Below are positions 36,901-45,219 of a stretch of 64,000 nt of DNA, in pieces. The position numbers and the translations under genes were made by a program. Source of the stretch: a virus (taxonomy: Duplodnaviria; Caudoviricetes); the IMG/VR virus record IMGVR_UViG_3300025150_000002, positions 64,001-128,000 of that record. The stretch is one strand, 5' to 3'. Numbering within the stretch: position 1 is the stretch's first letter; each line of letters opens with the position of its first letter. The notes under the pieces were generated by a model, which worked only from the letters and a program-made list of their open reading frames with translations, was not told the origin of the DNA and made no database searches.

Positions 36901-38681
36901 CCCCAGTGCTCCTCGACATCGAGGTGCTCGTCGGTGTAGCCGTTAGCTTCAAGTAGCGCTACCGCTGTCTCTGTCTTCAACTCGTAGTCGCCGTTGAAGA
37001 AGTCCCTGGCGCGGTAGTGGTGAACTCCCATCGACCTAGCGATGTCCGGATAAGTCTGCCTACGCACGACCTCGTTCGGAGACCGCAGTCTCGCCTTCGA
37101 GTGAAGGTCAGGCTTCTTGAGTTCGATCTCCTCCCAGTCGTCAGTGTTCTTCTTGGGGGTCACGAGGCGGTGGCGCGTCGGGTCGAGATCTTTCACCTCG
37201 ACGTACTTCAAGAACCTGGCCTTGGGGCGGCCCTTACCCTGCCCGATGATCTCCTCAACCAGGACTGGGTGGGTGGCGTTCGCGTACAACTCGCGATGGT
37301 CACTGAAAACCCGGTAGATCTTGTCCTGCCCGTTGTGCTTCTTGTAGCAGACCCGGGTCTTCCGGAGCTTGTCCTCCTTGGTGAAGGAGTAGACCTCATC
37401 GCCCTCTTCAAGCTCCCTGATGGCCTTCCGTCCTTCGGGGGTCCAGATCTGCGAATCGCCGCGTAGGCAGAGCTTGTAGATGAGCATGGCATCTTCGAGG
37501 AGGACGAGCCGCTTCCAGATCCACCGTGCTCCGTCAGCTACACCGTAGCCGTATGGGCAGCGGCGAACCGTGCCTCGCAACCGTGAGTGCAGGACCTGCC
37601 ACTCCTCGAAAAGCGCTACGTGGTCAGGCACCTTAGTCTGGCCCGCGAGCATGCCGCGCAGGTCCGTGGCGTCCTGAGTGAATTTACCGGTGACGTCCTG
37701 AACGTAGCCGATGAGCGCGCCGTTCGACTGCTCCACGCGCCTCATGGTCGGGACTGGCAGGGAGTTTAGGCCGACGACACCATTCTCGGTGACCAGAACC
37801 TCTTCGTAGTTATTGCCCATCTTCACGGTCGTGTAGACCATGCTCCAGATATCGTCCTCAATCCTCAAACGCCTGTTGAGGAGCGTATCAGTCATGTCCT
37901 TGATGGCTTCGTCGCCCGAGTGAACCCATACGGTCTTGCCTGTGTCGATGTCTGGCTGGGTAGCATCGTTGGTGAAGTAGTGATGTGCGCTGTTATGCAC
38001 AACAACTCCGTTGGCAACGAAGTTCTTGGTCCCGGTTGAGACGTCGTAGACGTCTTCTTCTCCTGCCGGCTGGGCCGCCTGGACGACACGCAGGGTCCCT
38101 GAGATTGTGTGCAGGAAGGAGCACATTCCGTGCGCCTCGAAGCCTGCCCACGTGGAGACGACTACCGTCCCCTCGGTCATGTCAGATGCGTTGATGTAGC
38201 CGTGTTCAACCGTGAGGAACTTGTGATCTGGTGTACACCGGATGTTCTCACCGTTACTGAACCCGAGCTGCACGACTGGCTGCTTGTTCCCGGTCACACG
38301 CGGGTTATTGGTGACCGTCTTTGTAAGTCGCTGCGTCTTGGTGTCGTAAGCGAGGATCTCTACCCCACCACCGTTAGCCGCCAGATCGTGTAGACGGAAG
38401 GGCTTGATGATCGAACCATCAACCACATAGATCAGCGTGTCGCCGGTAAGGCAGTTGATGTCCGGGTAGTCATCCATCTGCTCGTAGTCGGCATACCTGT
38501 CCATCAGGTTCTGCGAGACCGAGAGCAGCCCGCCTACATCCTCTCGCCCCCACACCGAGAACATCGAGGTCGGGATGTGCTTTTCTGCATCAGCAGAAGG
38601 CGATTCGGCCCTGTCACGTTCTGCGCGCTCTCGGCCAAAAACTTGGCGAAGGTAATTCAGCGCATCGTCTCGAAGTGCCAT
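33972..38681 (-). CDS. Portal protein, T4 gp20-like, with three inteins (about 607 aa after splicing)
   Basis: Extein motifs YEQMDDYPDI, LEDAMLIYKL|TRAPARFAFYIDV, MQDFFIA, EDVEYF..KL..VLKVPRSYL. Confidence 0.9.
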   Translation of the reverse strand: MALRDDALNYLRQVFGRERAERDRAESPSADAEKHIPTSMFSVWGREDVGGLLSVSQNLMDRYADYEQMDDYPDINCLTGDTLIYVVDGSIIKPFRLHDLAANGGGVEILAYDTKTQRLTKTVTNNPRVTGNKQPVVQLGFSNGENIRCTPDHKFLTVEHGYINASDMTEGTVVVSTWAGFEAHGMCSFLHTISGTLRVVQAAQPAGEEDVYDVSTGTKNFVANGVVVHNSAHHYFTNDATQPDIDTGKTVWVHSGDEAIKDMTDTLLNRRLRIEDDIWSMVYTTVKMGNNYEEVLVTENGVVGLNSLPVPTMRRVEQSNGALIGYVQDVTGKFTQDATDLRGMLAGQTKVPDHVALFEEWQVLHSRLRGTVRRCPYGYGVADGARWIWKRLVLLEDAMLIYKLCLRGDSQIWTPEGRKAIRELEEGDEVYSFTKEDKLRKTRVCYKKHNGQDKIYRVFSDHRELYANATHPVLVEEIIGQGKGRPKARFLKYVEVKDLDPTRHRLVTPKKNTDDWEEIELKKPDLHSKARLRSPNEVVRRQTYPDIARSMGVHHYRARDFFNGDYELKTETAVALLEANGYTDEHLDVEEHWGGDRGIPVKGVTVPDVVDEDFARWWGFMLGDGFITTRTQKGGFVSQNEIGFALGEDDQINDRYKGLFERYVPGVKLVNDQDYRLGAYSFVSSKFAEFMLLNGFIPGAHDKRLPEWVFRASPEIKLAMIRGLADADAHIIPRREGRKTRFEKARFELCNKQLLEDVRELAMQLGLVVTFVRERTREGGRTIAGSTQPLKGTTSYCMDITFKQQPLTEPLRGVEVVGVDDIWDIGVEDEEHNFIADGVCVHNTRAPARFAFYIDVTDIPSDKVDSFLRKAKQDMRKQKLVNPRCLTGETPVTCLDGKDRSMRDLAEEVPRLAKEGKHHYVFSYDTKRHRVVPGKITAAGLSGKKKAVYRVVVDSGAIVRCTGDHPFLLRNGSYKQAQDLVKGESLMPLYLSRGSKETQHYWKYKDTGLGKQRYVHQMVTEELIDPDYKAKGLHVHHRDENKENNHPSNLEPITPGDHAGGRHPIHLQAARKALKERAQNDPVFKQELYGRIRDWREENPEKISEANKKAAATKTERADCLYNLVFAMVDQKLHNDPTITSQDMVAWLNGQEDFIRIYADLPTTIKPKLSRGCWTALLKRRGFKSFADYKEQVAGTGERKSGPQKKKERRLVGAGKNNHTVVSVTPDGFEDVYDITVEDYHNFALTAGVFVHNTQRLDMRYNPMDNMQDFFIAVRENRELARVEVLQGPDYQATEDVEYFARKLHGVLKVPRSYLGQDDAPPPKTILSFEDVRAARVTMGIQREMKNTIRRLIQIDLASRGINPFNQDLQVMMTVPSGIYELAHNEIKNARADFATRVQPFVSMRYIQERILKLSDDEIDVIEKQREEDMKKQAEQQKLMGDAGGGGGGAGGPGGLPMEGPALAGGAGGPPPPMDIGPPPGVAGRPNTQNEWKRYDQARRLEERLDRESRARDAEIQDSLRKAMIENKSLAHRLTQTEHFIRELKHTYMSRNGNGKLVPQGRGRGHGRH
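34923..36029 (-). mobile_element. Portal intein 3 (HNH, 369 aa)
   Basis: CLTGET..TGDHPF..VHHRDENKENNHPSNL..NFALTAGVFVHN|T. Confidence 0.9.
36153..37469 (-). mobile_element. Portal intein 2 (LAGLIDADG, 439 aa)
   Basis: CLRGDS..GFMLGDG..IRGLADADA..NFIADGVCVHN|T. Confidence 0.9.
37992..38453 (-). mobile_element. Portal intein 1 (mini-intein, 154 aa)
   Basis: CLTGDT..TPDHKF..NFVANGVVVHN|S. Confidence 0.9.
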
Positions 38682-38720
38682 ACGAGTTCCTGTATTCCAG
38701 ACAGTTAGCTCGCGTCTACT

Positions 38721-39452
38721 CTAGCAGGACGGGAGCTCCAGAAACACACCTGAAACTGCCAACGAGCCCATAGATCGGACAGATGCGGTGAATACTTCTT
38801 CCAACGAGCCTGGTGTGACACGCGTCACCTTGTGGTTCCGCCGACCGCGCTTTCCGACGATTTTGGCCATCTTCGGTGATGCGGCAGCGCACTCATCCAG
38901 GATGTCTTTCGCTAGATCGAGCGCCTTGATGATCTTATTCCGGTGACGCTTTTTAGCCCGATTCGGGTTGATGATGATATTCAGGTTGTCGGGGTGGTAG
39001 TGCTTTCGGTTCTTGTCGATGTGCTCGACTGTGGTACCTGGGCCGAGCGGGTGCCCGAGCTTCCACTCGGCGATAAGTCTAGCGATTTTCCGCTTTACGT
39101 AACGACCAGGGATCCTGTAGGTCGGATAACCATAGACATCTTCTTCGAGGTAAAGGGGGAGCAGCGAGTCGCCTGGGACTAGTTCAGGGGGCATCTTCCG
39201 TTCGCCAGACCGCATGACGAATCGGGATGATGGCGAGACCTGAAGCTTCGCTCCGTCGTCGAGCACGACCTCGAACAGTTGCTGAAGTCCGATCGACTTA
39301 ACCCCGCCCACTTCACCTAGAAAGAAGGTCCCGGAAGACCACACAAAGGCCGTCTCGGTGTAGTCAGGGTTTAGGACAGTTCGATTCGACAATTCCGAGA
39401 TTTTGGTTGGGCCAGACACCGTCTCGATGCACATGTCGCCGCGCAATCCCAC
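38721..39452 (-). CDS. Free-standing degenerate intein-like (Hint plus HNH-like) protein
   Basis: GLRGDMCIET (block A with Cys1 replaced), SPSSRF (block B without His), EHIDKNRKHYHPDNL, NHKVTRVTP, LAVSGVFLELPSC (block G without His-Asn). No exteins. Confidence 0.75.
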   Translation of the reverse strand: MGLRGDMCIETVSGPTKISELSNRTVLNPDYTETAFVWSSGTFFLGEVGGVKSIGLQQLFEVVLDDGAKLQVSPSSRFVMRSGERKMPPELVPGDSLLPLYLEEDVYGYPTYRIPGRYVKRKIARLIAEWKLGHPLGPGTTVEHIDKNRKHYHPDNLNIIINPNRAKKRHRNKIIKALDLAKDILDECAAASPKMAKIVGKRGRRNHKVTRVTPGSLEEVFTASVRSMGSLAVSGVFLELPSC

Positions 39453-39460
39453 CGAACCCT

Positions 39461-40747
39461 CTACAGTCCTGCCATCAAAATGGGCTCACGTGTGAGCTCA
39501 TCCTGGCTCTCCGGCTTCACCGTTTGCTCAGCCCCTGACGCATCGATCACCGTGAGGCCTCTCGCCGATATCACCATCCGGAACGGGGTGATCCCGACGT
39601 ACCTCCTGCCGGCTCCCTTCTTCAAGTAGGCAACCGTAAGATGTGGAATGTAGTTCGGGCGAGTCGGCGGTCTGGAGTTGGGCAGCTTGGCGATTTTCTG
39701 GTGAAGCTCTCGAATCGAGTCGCCGATGACTTCGATGTAGAGTACGTCGCGCTCTTCGTGCTCGAAGATGTTGAACGTGCCCAGCATGGCCCTGATTGGC
39801 CTGCCGTAGTCCTGAACGATTTGCTGGATAGCTGAGAGATCTCGCTTGTCGGCGCCGTAGTAGACCGTCACATGGGGCCGGTGCTCCAGCTTCAGGATGT
39901 TGTCCTCAGGGATGTTCTTCTGGACCCAGCCAGGAATGCGAACTCGCAGGTAACCGAAGTCGACCTGGGTCTGCAGGAAGTTCTCGTCCTGCTGCTCACG
40001 CTCGAACTGAAGGTCCTCGAATAGACACCCCTCCGTCAACTCAGGCTTGTGGCGAAGGTGGGCTACGAGCTCCAGGAACACCTTACGGACGATAGAACCA
40101 GAGCGACTCATTTCGCGGCCTGCGTGACCGCGCCCAAGAATCACGTTAGCCGCAACTTCGGCAAAGGCCTCCGCAGGGTCTGCGTTCGCGTATTTGCTGG
40201 GGAAAGAGTCAGACACCTTCTTCGTCTTCAGCCACCCCCTGAACAACTCGGGGTCACTCCCATAATGCTTGTTGAAGAAGAACCAAAGGCTCGACTTCTC
40301 TGGACGACTCTGCACGACTTTCGCCAGCGCGTCGGCGGCTGCCGGGTCATAAGGTCTCCCGACGACCTCACACAGAGTTGCCCACAGTTCACGGGCGTCG
40401 TCACTCATGTGCTTAACCCATATTCTGTGCATCGTCTCATGGACGATGGTCCACAGATAGTCAGCGGCTCCACGAATAGGTGGGTAGAAGATGACTGACT
40501 TGTCATCTTTTGGAAAGTAGCGCCCGTTGGCCCGCTCATCGTCCTTTCGGTGAACAATCTCGATCTTGCCGCCGAAGTCCTTGTCCGAGAAGCCGAACGC
40601 GCGCATCTTTTCGACGGCTACGTAGATCGCGTTGAGGAACTGTCCTACCTCCTCAGACGGTACCTCACCGTCAGATCCCGGCTGCATAGGTCCGGGTGTG
40701 CGGACGCCTGGCGTGAGCAGTCGGAACGCTGAGATAATTCGGTCCAT
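39461..40747 (-). CDS. Zincin-like (HExxH) domain fused to a 2H phosphoesterase (Acb1-like) domain
   Basis: IVHETMHRIW plus KYANADPAEAFAE. Two HxT motifs: PHVTVYYG and PHLTVAY. Confidence 0.75.
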   Translation of the reverse strand: MDRIISAFRLLTPGVRTPGPMQPGSDGEVPSEEVGQFLNAIYVAVEKMRAFGFSDKDFGGKIEIVHRKDDERANGRYFPKDDKSVIFYPPIRGAADYLWTIVHETMHRIWVKHMSDDARELWATLCEVVGRPYDPAAADALAKVVQSRPEKSSLWFFFNKHYGSDPELFRGWLKTKKVSDSFPSKYANADPAEAFAEVAANVILGRGHAGREMSRSGSIVRKVFLELVAHLRHKPELTEGCLFEDLQFEREQQDENFLQTQVDFGYLRVRIPGWVQKNIPEDNILKLEHRPHVTVYYGADKRDLSAIQQIVQDYGRPIRAMLGTFNIFEHEERDVLYIEVIGDSIRELHQKIAKLPNSRPPTRPNYIPHLTVAYLKKGAGRRYVGITPFRMVISARGLTVIDASGAEQTVKPESQDELTREPILMAGL

Positions 40748-41022
40748 CAGTAAAGCTCGTCGGCGCTAAGGTCTTCCCCAGTATAGCCCGGAGTGGACGC
40801 ACGCATCGCCATCACCTTACGGACCAATTCGACGGGAAAGGTCTCATAAGAGCCGTCGAGTAGTTGGATTTGGGCGTATAGACCATCGAGCACGACCTTT
40901 CTGGCCGAGAAAAACGTGCTCTTGTCGTCGAGGTCCGCGAGTTCAACCTCGACGCCCCAAGCAAGGCCCATTTCCTCAGTCGAAAGCCGAGGCTCAAGAT
41001 CCTCTGGATCCACAGTGCCCAT
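40747..41022 (-). CDS. Hypothetical acidic protein
   Basis: 91 aa, stop overlaps the next ATG. Confidence 0.65.
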   Translation of the reverse strand: MGTVDPEDLEPRLSTEEMGLAWGVEVELADLDDKSTFFSARKVVLDGLYAQIQLLDGSYETFPVELVRKVMAMRASTPGYTGEDLSADELY

Positions 41023-41036
41023 TCAGTTCATCCTCC

Positions 41037-41231
41037 CTACGGGATCGTCTCGGTCAACACCCTCGGACCGCCCTGAGAGCCCTGCGCCTCAAGGACCTTC
41101 TGGAAACGATGAGCTGCGGCTTCGTCGACCTCGACTCGGGTGCGCCCGCCGGTCTCGTCCTCCATCGTGACGAACCAGCTCACCGTACCACCGGAGAGAA
41201 GAGACTTGTCTACACTAATGACGCGATTCAT
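41037..41231 (-). CDS. Small hypothetical protein
   Basis: 64 aa, co-oriented with the portal operon. Confidence 0.6.
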   Translation of the reverse strand: MNRVISVDKSLLSGGTVSWFVTMEDETGGRTRVEVDEAAAHRFQKVLEAQGSQGGPRVLTETIP

Positions 41232-41257
41232 TATGTACCCCTAGAGGAGGTCAGGTT

Positions 41258-42073
41258 ATGGAGCATCACGACCATTCTAGCGAGTGTGGTGCTCTGGGAC
41301 ACCAAGTCTCTTCCATAACTACAACTACGGCCACGAGCACCTTGCCCTCTTTCCGGGTATATGTAGATATGGGAACAGACCAACCCGTGGGGCGCGCAAA
41401 CACCGCCGTGACCTTCGAAGCAGCAGATGGAAGCCAGAAGACCTGCATCGACTCTCTGAGAGACGACGCCCACTATCGCTTCTCCTGCAGGTGTGGCTGC
41501 GGCGCTCAGTTCGCTGGATACGGTCGCGACATCAAGGCATCCGGCAAGATCGGCCGAGATGGAGGCAGTATCACATCAACACCTGACGCGGGCGAGTCCC
41601 GGTCAGAGGTTGCCCACGAGGTTCGAACCATGCGCTCCCCACTGCGTCCCTTCGTCTCTGACCGCTACCTGATGAAGGCCATCTTCAAGCTCACGGACGA
41701 CGAGATCGATGCGGCACGCGCGAACGAGCCCGATCCTCTTGAGGGGAAGGGCGTGAACCTATCGGAGCGCAGGCCGCCAGCTATCGCCGACGAGGTCTAC
41801 TCTCTGTCTACCGGAAAGGGTCCGTTCACGCTCATTGACCACGTCAGCAAGAGCCTCAGTGACGAGGATGGCGCATCTCACACGGTGGTCTGCGGACTGC
41901 TGCGGAACGCGGCCGGCAAACTGGTGGTGGTCCCGTTGGCCGACTTGGTCCTCGCTTCCCCGGACCGCGAGTTGCGGCGCCCGTCGAAGGGCTCCTGGGT
42001 CATGCTGACCCTCGCTATGATCTTGTCCTTGGCGATCGGGTCCGGGATCGCACTCGGCTACTTCTGGCCCTAA
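41258..42073 (+). CDS. Membrane-anchored mosaic protein containing a portal-like segment
   Basis: CRCGCG motif, PFVSDRYLMKAIFKLTDDEID segment, C-terminal transmembrane helix. Start uncertain. Confidence 0.65.
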   Translation: MEHHDHSSECGALGHQVSSITTTTATSTLPSFRVYVDMGTDQPVGRANTAVTFEAADGSQKTCIDSLRDDAHYRFSCRCGCGAQFAGYGRDIKASGKIGRDGGSITSTPDAGESRSEVAHEVRTMRSPLRPFVSDRYLMKAIFKLTDDEIDAARANEPDPLEGKGVNLSERRPPAIADEVYSLSTGKGPFTLIDHVSKSLSDEDGASHTVVCGLLRNAAGKLVVVPLADLVLASPDRELRRPSKGSWVMLTLAMILSLAIGSGIALGYFWP

Positions 42074-42417
42074 GGAAGCGTCCCCGACCGTCGTCTACGG
42101 GTATAGTGCTTCGCGCACAGCCCGCGAGCTCGCACCTTAGCTTCGCAGTGCTCCTCTGAGCAAACCGTCTTGCCGGTCATGTACTCGCGGTCGGGGCGCA
42201 GTTCGCCGAACAGCTTGATCTGTCGAGCGTGCTTGCGGCAATGCCCGCCGCTGACCCGGTCGTCGTCACATCCGTCAGCATCACACACCTGCGGCCCGCC
42301 GCGCTCGGCCTCCAACGTGAGGTGTCCGTGGCGTAGGACCTGCATGTAATGTCTTTTACAGTAGCCCTTGGCATACGCAAGACGGTCGCAGTGCTCGACA
42401 ACGCAGTAGCCGCTCAT
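42070..42417 (-). CDS. Protein of three C-x4-C..C-x2-H zinc-finger-like repeats
   Basis: CVVEHC..CKRHY, CDADGC..CRKH, CSEEHC..CAKHY. No nuclease domain. Confidence 0.7.
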   Translation of the reverse strand: MSGYCVVEHCDRLAYAKGYCKRHYMQVLRHGHLTLEAERGGPQVCDADGCDDDRVSGGHCRKHARQIKLFGELRPDREYMTGKTVCSEEHCEAKVRARGLCAKHYTRRRRSGTLP

Positions 42418-42464
42418 CAGTCGTAGTATACAGGGAACCCCCCGACTGATGCTAATGGTGGATC

Positions 42465-43049
42465 ATGAGAAGACTACTGCTGGTAACACTGATGCTCTCT
42501 GTTACGGGATGCTCCGCCCTCAAGGAGCGCACCGGAGAATACGTGACCGAGTCGGTCGTCGATCACATCGCCGAGAAGGTCGACCAACGTCTAGAGAGGC
42601 GGGGTCTTTCCATCTCGCAGATCAAGGGCGTCACCGACTTGAACGACGATGGCGTCGTGGACATGGCCGAGGTCCGGGAGACCGCTAAGCTGGCTGGGCG
42701 CGAAGTCGCCCTCTCAGAGGCTGAGCGCTGGAAGCGAGAGTCTCAGGAGGAGTTGAAGGCCGCGACCAAGCAGTTCGTCACTGCCGACGACCAGTCTACG
42801 GTCAAGTCAAAGCTACAAGACTTTTGGAACTACCTGTTGGCTACAATCGGAGCTCTGGTGGCCACGGTCGTCAGCTACCTTACCAAACAGGTGTTCTCAG
42901 CGAAGAGCGATGGCCGCCGAGATGCCGAGATCGCAAAGGCCGCCGCTAGAACGGACGCGCTCGAACGCCTACTAGGTCGAGACCTGAACAATGATGGCCG
43001 TATAGGGTCTGACAGAGACCAGTCGCCTACCCCTGAGGCCTTGGCGTAG
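42465..43049 (+). CDS. Lipoprotein with EF-hand-like DxNxDG motifs and a hydrophobic segment
   Basis: Lipobox SVTGC. DLNDDGVVD and DLNNDGRIG. LLATIGALVATVVSYL. Confidence 0.65.
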   Translation: MRRLLLVTLMLSVTGCSALKERTGEYVTESVVDHIAEKVDQRLERRGLSISQIKGVTDLNDDGVVDMAEVRETAKLAGREVALSEAERWKRESQEELKAATKQFVTADDQSTVKSKLQDFWNYLLATIGALVATVVSYLTKQVFSAKSDGRRDAEIAKAAARTDALERLLGRDLNNDGRIGSDRDQSPTPEALA

Positions 43050-43064
43050 CGGCTGCGAAAACGC

Positions 43065-43298
43065 TCATCGCGCGTCCAGTTTGCCGAAGTATCGCGGCTT
43101 TACCGGCACGACCGCCTGCTCCGCGCACCACTTAAGGAAGTCGCGGACAGGGGCGGGTAGCTCAACCCCCTCAACATCGGCGTCCCTTAGCGACTCGGCA
43201 CCGACCAGGGCGATGAGCTTCTTCTCGCCACCACAGAACTGCGGCCCCAGGAGGTAGACCTCGTTGACCGGAACGAAGTCCTCGGTCATGCCGACCAC
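43065..43298 (-). CDS. Small hypothetical protein
   Basis: GC3-rich 77-aa ORF. Confidence 0.55.
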   Translation of the reverse strand: MVGMTEDFVPVNEVYLLGPQFCGGEKKLIALVGAESLRDADVEGVELPAPVRDFLKWCAEQAVVPVKPRYFGKLDAR

Positions 43299-43532
43299 GC
43301 AGTGCAGAGAATAGAAGGGTTCGTTCGTAATGGTGCCCTAACCTCATCCTGGGAAGACATCGGGTAGTTCGTCTTCACCTATCGTCTACCACAACCAGTA
43401 GAAGACTTGGAAGCGTGTCGAGAGCGGTCTTACACGCACGCTCAATGAAACCACACAGGCGGCTGCTGACGGCGCAGAGCCGACACCATTCGCCCCAAAC
43501 GGGGGCGGCTATCTGGCAGTGTTGGCAGTAGC

Positions 43533-43721
43533 TCACTGGAGTCTGTCTCGAATCTCCATGAGCTCCATCATGGACCGCTTGAGAGCCTCGTGATACGGAC
43601 TGTTGTATTCGTCATACCCACAGCAGTGGTTGACGACGATTTCACTTATGTCCTTGACCGCGCCCTGGATCTTCTCCAGGGCCGCGTTTAGATGCTCGTC
43701 AGCAGTCGTTTTTACGCTCAT
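43533..43721 (-). CDS. Small hypothetical protein
   Basis: 62 aa, ATG 1 nt after the IHF/HU gene stop. Confidence 0.65.
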   Translation of the reverse strand: MSVKTTADEHLNAALEKIQGAVKDISEIVVNHCCGYDEYNSPYHEALKRSMMELMEIRDRLQ

Positions 43722-43722
43722 G

Positions 43723-44025
43723 CTAAGACGGCTTGTAGCTGTCCGCCAACCTCTGCTTGAGCTCCTTGCCGACCTTGAAGCCGCACACCTTGGTGGCTGA
43801 CACCTCGACCGGCTCGCCGGTCTTAGGGTTGCGCGCTGTCCGCGCCTTGCGCTCCTTCGGGGTGAACACACCGAAGTCGCGGAGCTCGATCCGCTCGTCG
43901 TTCACCATCGCGCCTCCGATCGAGTCCAGGAACTGCTGGATCACGTCGGAGATCTCGTTCTTCTTGATGGCTGGCAGCTGGTCCGCGACTCGCTCGACCA
44001 GGTCCCGCTTGGTAACAGTCTTCAT
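43723..44025 (-). CDS. IHF/HU-family DNA-binding protein
   Basis: MKTVTKRDLV..IELRDFGVF..RTARNPKTGE..FKVGKELK. AGGAG SD. Confidence 0.92.
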   Translation of the reverse strand: MKTVTKRDLVERVADQLPAIKKNEISDVIQQFLDSIGGAMVNDERIELRDFGVFTPKERKARTARNPKTGEPVEVSATKVCGFKVGKELKQRLADSYKPS

Positions 44026-44074
44026 GGTGGCTCCTATGTCCTTTCGGTTTCCTGTTTTACCCGATCTCTGGTCG

Positions 44075-44698
44075 CTACGACACCACATCTTGGTAGCTGA
44101 GCGCTGCTGATGCCCTTAGGACCTTCTCAGCATCCGCAAGCTCGCTAGTCTGCACTACCTCCAGAACCTTGATAACGTCCAACTGACTGATGTCATAGCC
44201 TTTACGGGCATAGCGTAGCAGTCGACAGACCGTGTTCACTACACAAGTTGAGTCGACGTAACAGACTGTGAGCTTTGAGTTTAGCTCGTCGGGCTCGAAC
44301 AAGTGGTGTGCCACACCCGCGTGGATGCTCGTGAGTGCCACTCGACAAACGCTGAAATCGATCTTCCCCAGAGCGTCCTGCAACTCACCACCCTGGTAGT
44401 TCTTGAGTAGCTGGATGTAGAGCTTTGAGCCGTATCCCTTGTAGGTGAAGGAGAACTCGGTCTCGCGTACGAGGCAGGCGCCGTCGCGCTGAAGCTGCTC
44501 GCGCGCCTTATTGATCGCACTGTCGGATAGACAGATCACATCGATGTCAGAGGGCTTAGGGCTACACTCTCGTGGTGAGCACGCCCACCTAGCATAGCCA
44601 CCCGTGATGAAACAGTCGGTGCCTTCCAGTGCCCGAATCAGGCTCACGACCGGCGGATGGATCCTATGAACCGTCGCAGTATTCCACTCAGACATCAA
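44075..44698 (-). CDS. tRNA nucleotidyltransferase/poly(A) polymerase head-like protein
   Basis: FITGGYAR, PSDIDV, and IDFSVCRVAL motifs. Confidence 0.65.
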   Translation of the reverse strand: MMSEWNTATVHRIHPPVVSLIRALEGTDCFITGGYARWACSPRECSPKPSDIDVICLSDSAINKAREQLQRDGACLVRETEFSFTYKGYGSKLYIQLLKNYQGGELQDALGKIDFSVCRVALTSIHAGVAHHLFEPDELNSKLTVCYVDSTCVVNTVCRLLRYARKGYDISQLDVIKVLEVVQTSELADAEKVLRASAALSYQDVVS

Positions 44699-45219
44699 AG
44701 TGTGTCTCCTAGATTGGTATCGAATGTCACGACCTCGGCCTTACCTCGCGTGACCGTGAAGCCCTTCGATTGAAGGGTCCGCGTCACCTCGCGAATAGCT
44801 TCGATAGCCTCTTCGCTTGTGGGGCGTCGCGTGGTGAGGATCAGGTCGTCCTGGTGCTCCTCGCCCGAGGTATCCATACCAAGCCGAGCCCCCCACCAAC
44901 CATCACCCTTCGCGGCGAGCAGTGAGCCGCCAGCCGGGTCATGCCTTACAATCACGTGGCATTCGACGTAGTGCGCGTTCACGCCTATTCCCCGTGGTCC
45001 GGTCGAGTTTTCCTCTAGACGCCCGACCGCGTCGATCACCAGTGCTGAGTACTGGAGTCGCAAGTAAGATCCGCCGCCCTCACACGACATGCAGGCTTTA
45101 TCGAGTGCATAAGGGTTGCAGCGCTCGCACTTCCGCCAGATAGCCTCCAGGTAAGGCCTGCGCTCGTTCTCAGAGAGCGCCTTCAGATCGGCTCTAAAGA
45201 CTGGTCCGGGCGGATTCAT
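44695..45219 (-). CDS. Hypothetical protein with CxxC-x7-CxxC
   Basis: 174 aa, overlaps the flanking genes by 4 nt. Confidence 0.6.
   Translation of the reverse strand: MNPPGPVFRADLKALSENERRPYLEAIWRKCERCNPYALDKACMSCEGGGSYLRLQYSALVIDAVGRLEENSTGPRGIGVNAHYVECHVIVRHDPAGGSLLAAKGDGWWGARLGMDTSGEEHQDDLILTTRRPTSEEAIEAIREVTRTLQSKGFTVTRGKAEVVTFDTNLGDTL

Noticed and set aside
43299-43532. ncRNA in the hairpin-rich gap
   Set aside because: Only short, unrelated stems were seen, with no recognisable family. Part of it may be a small upstream ORF.
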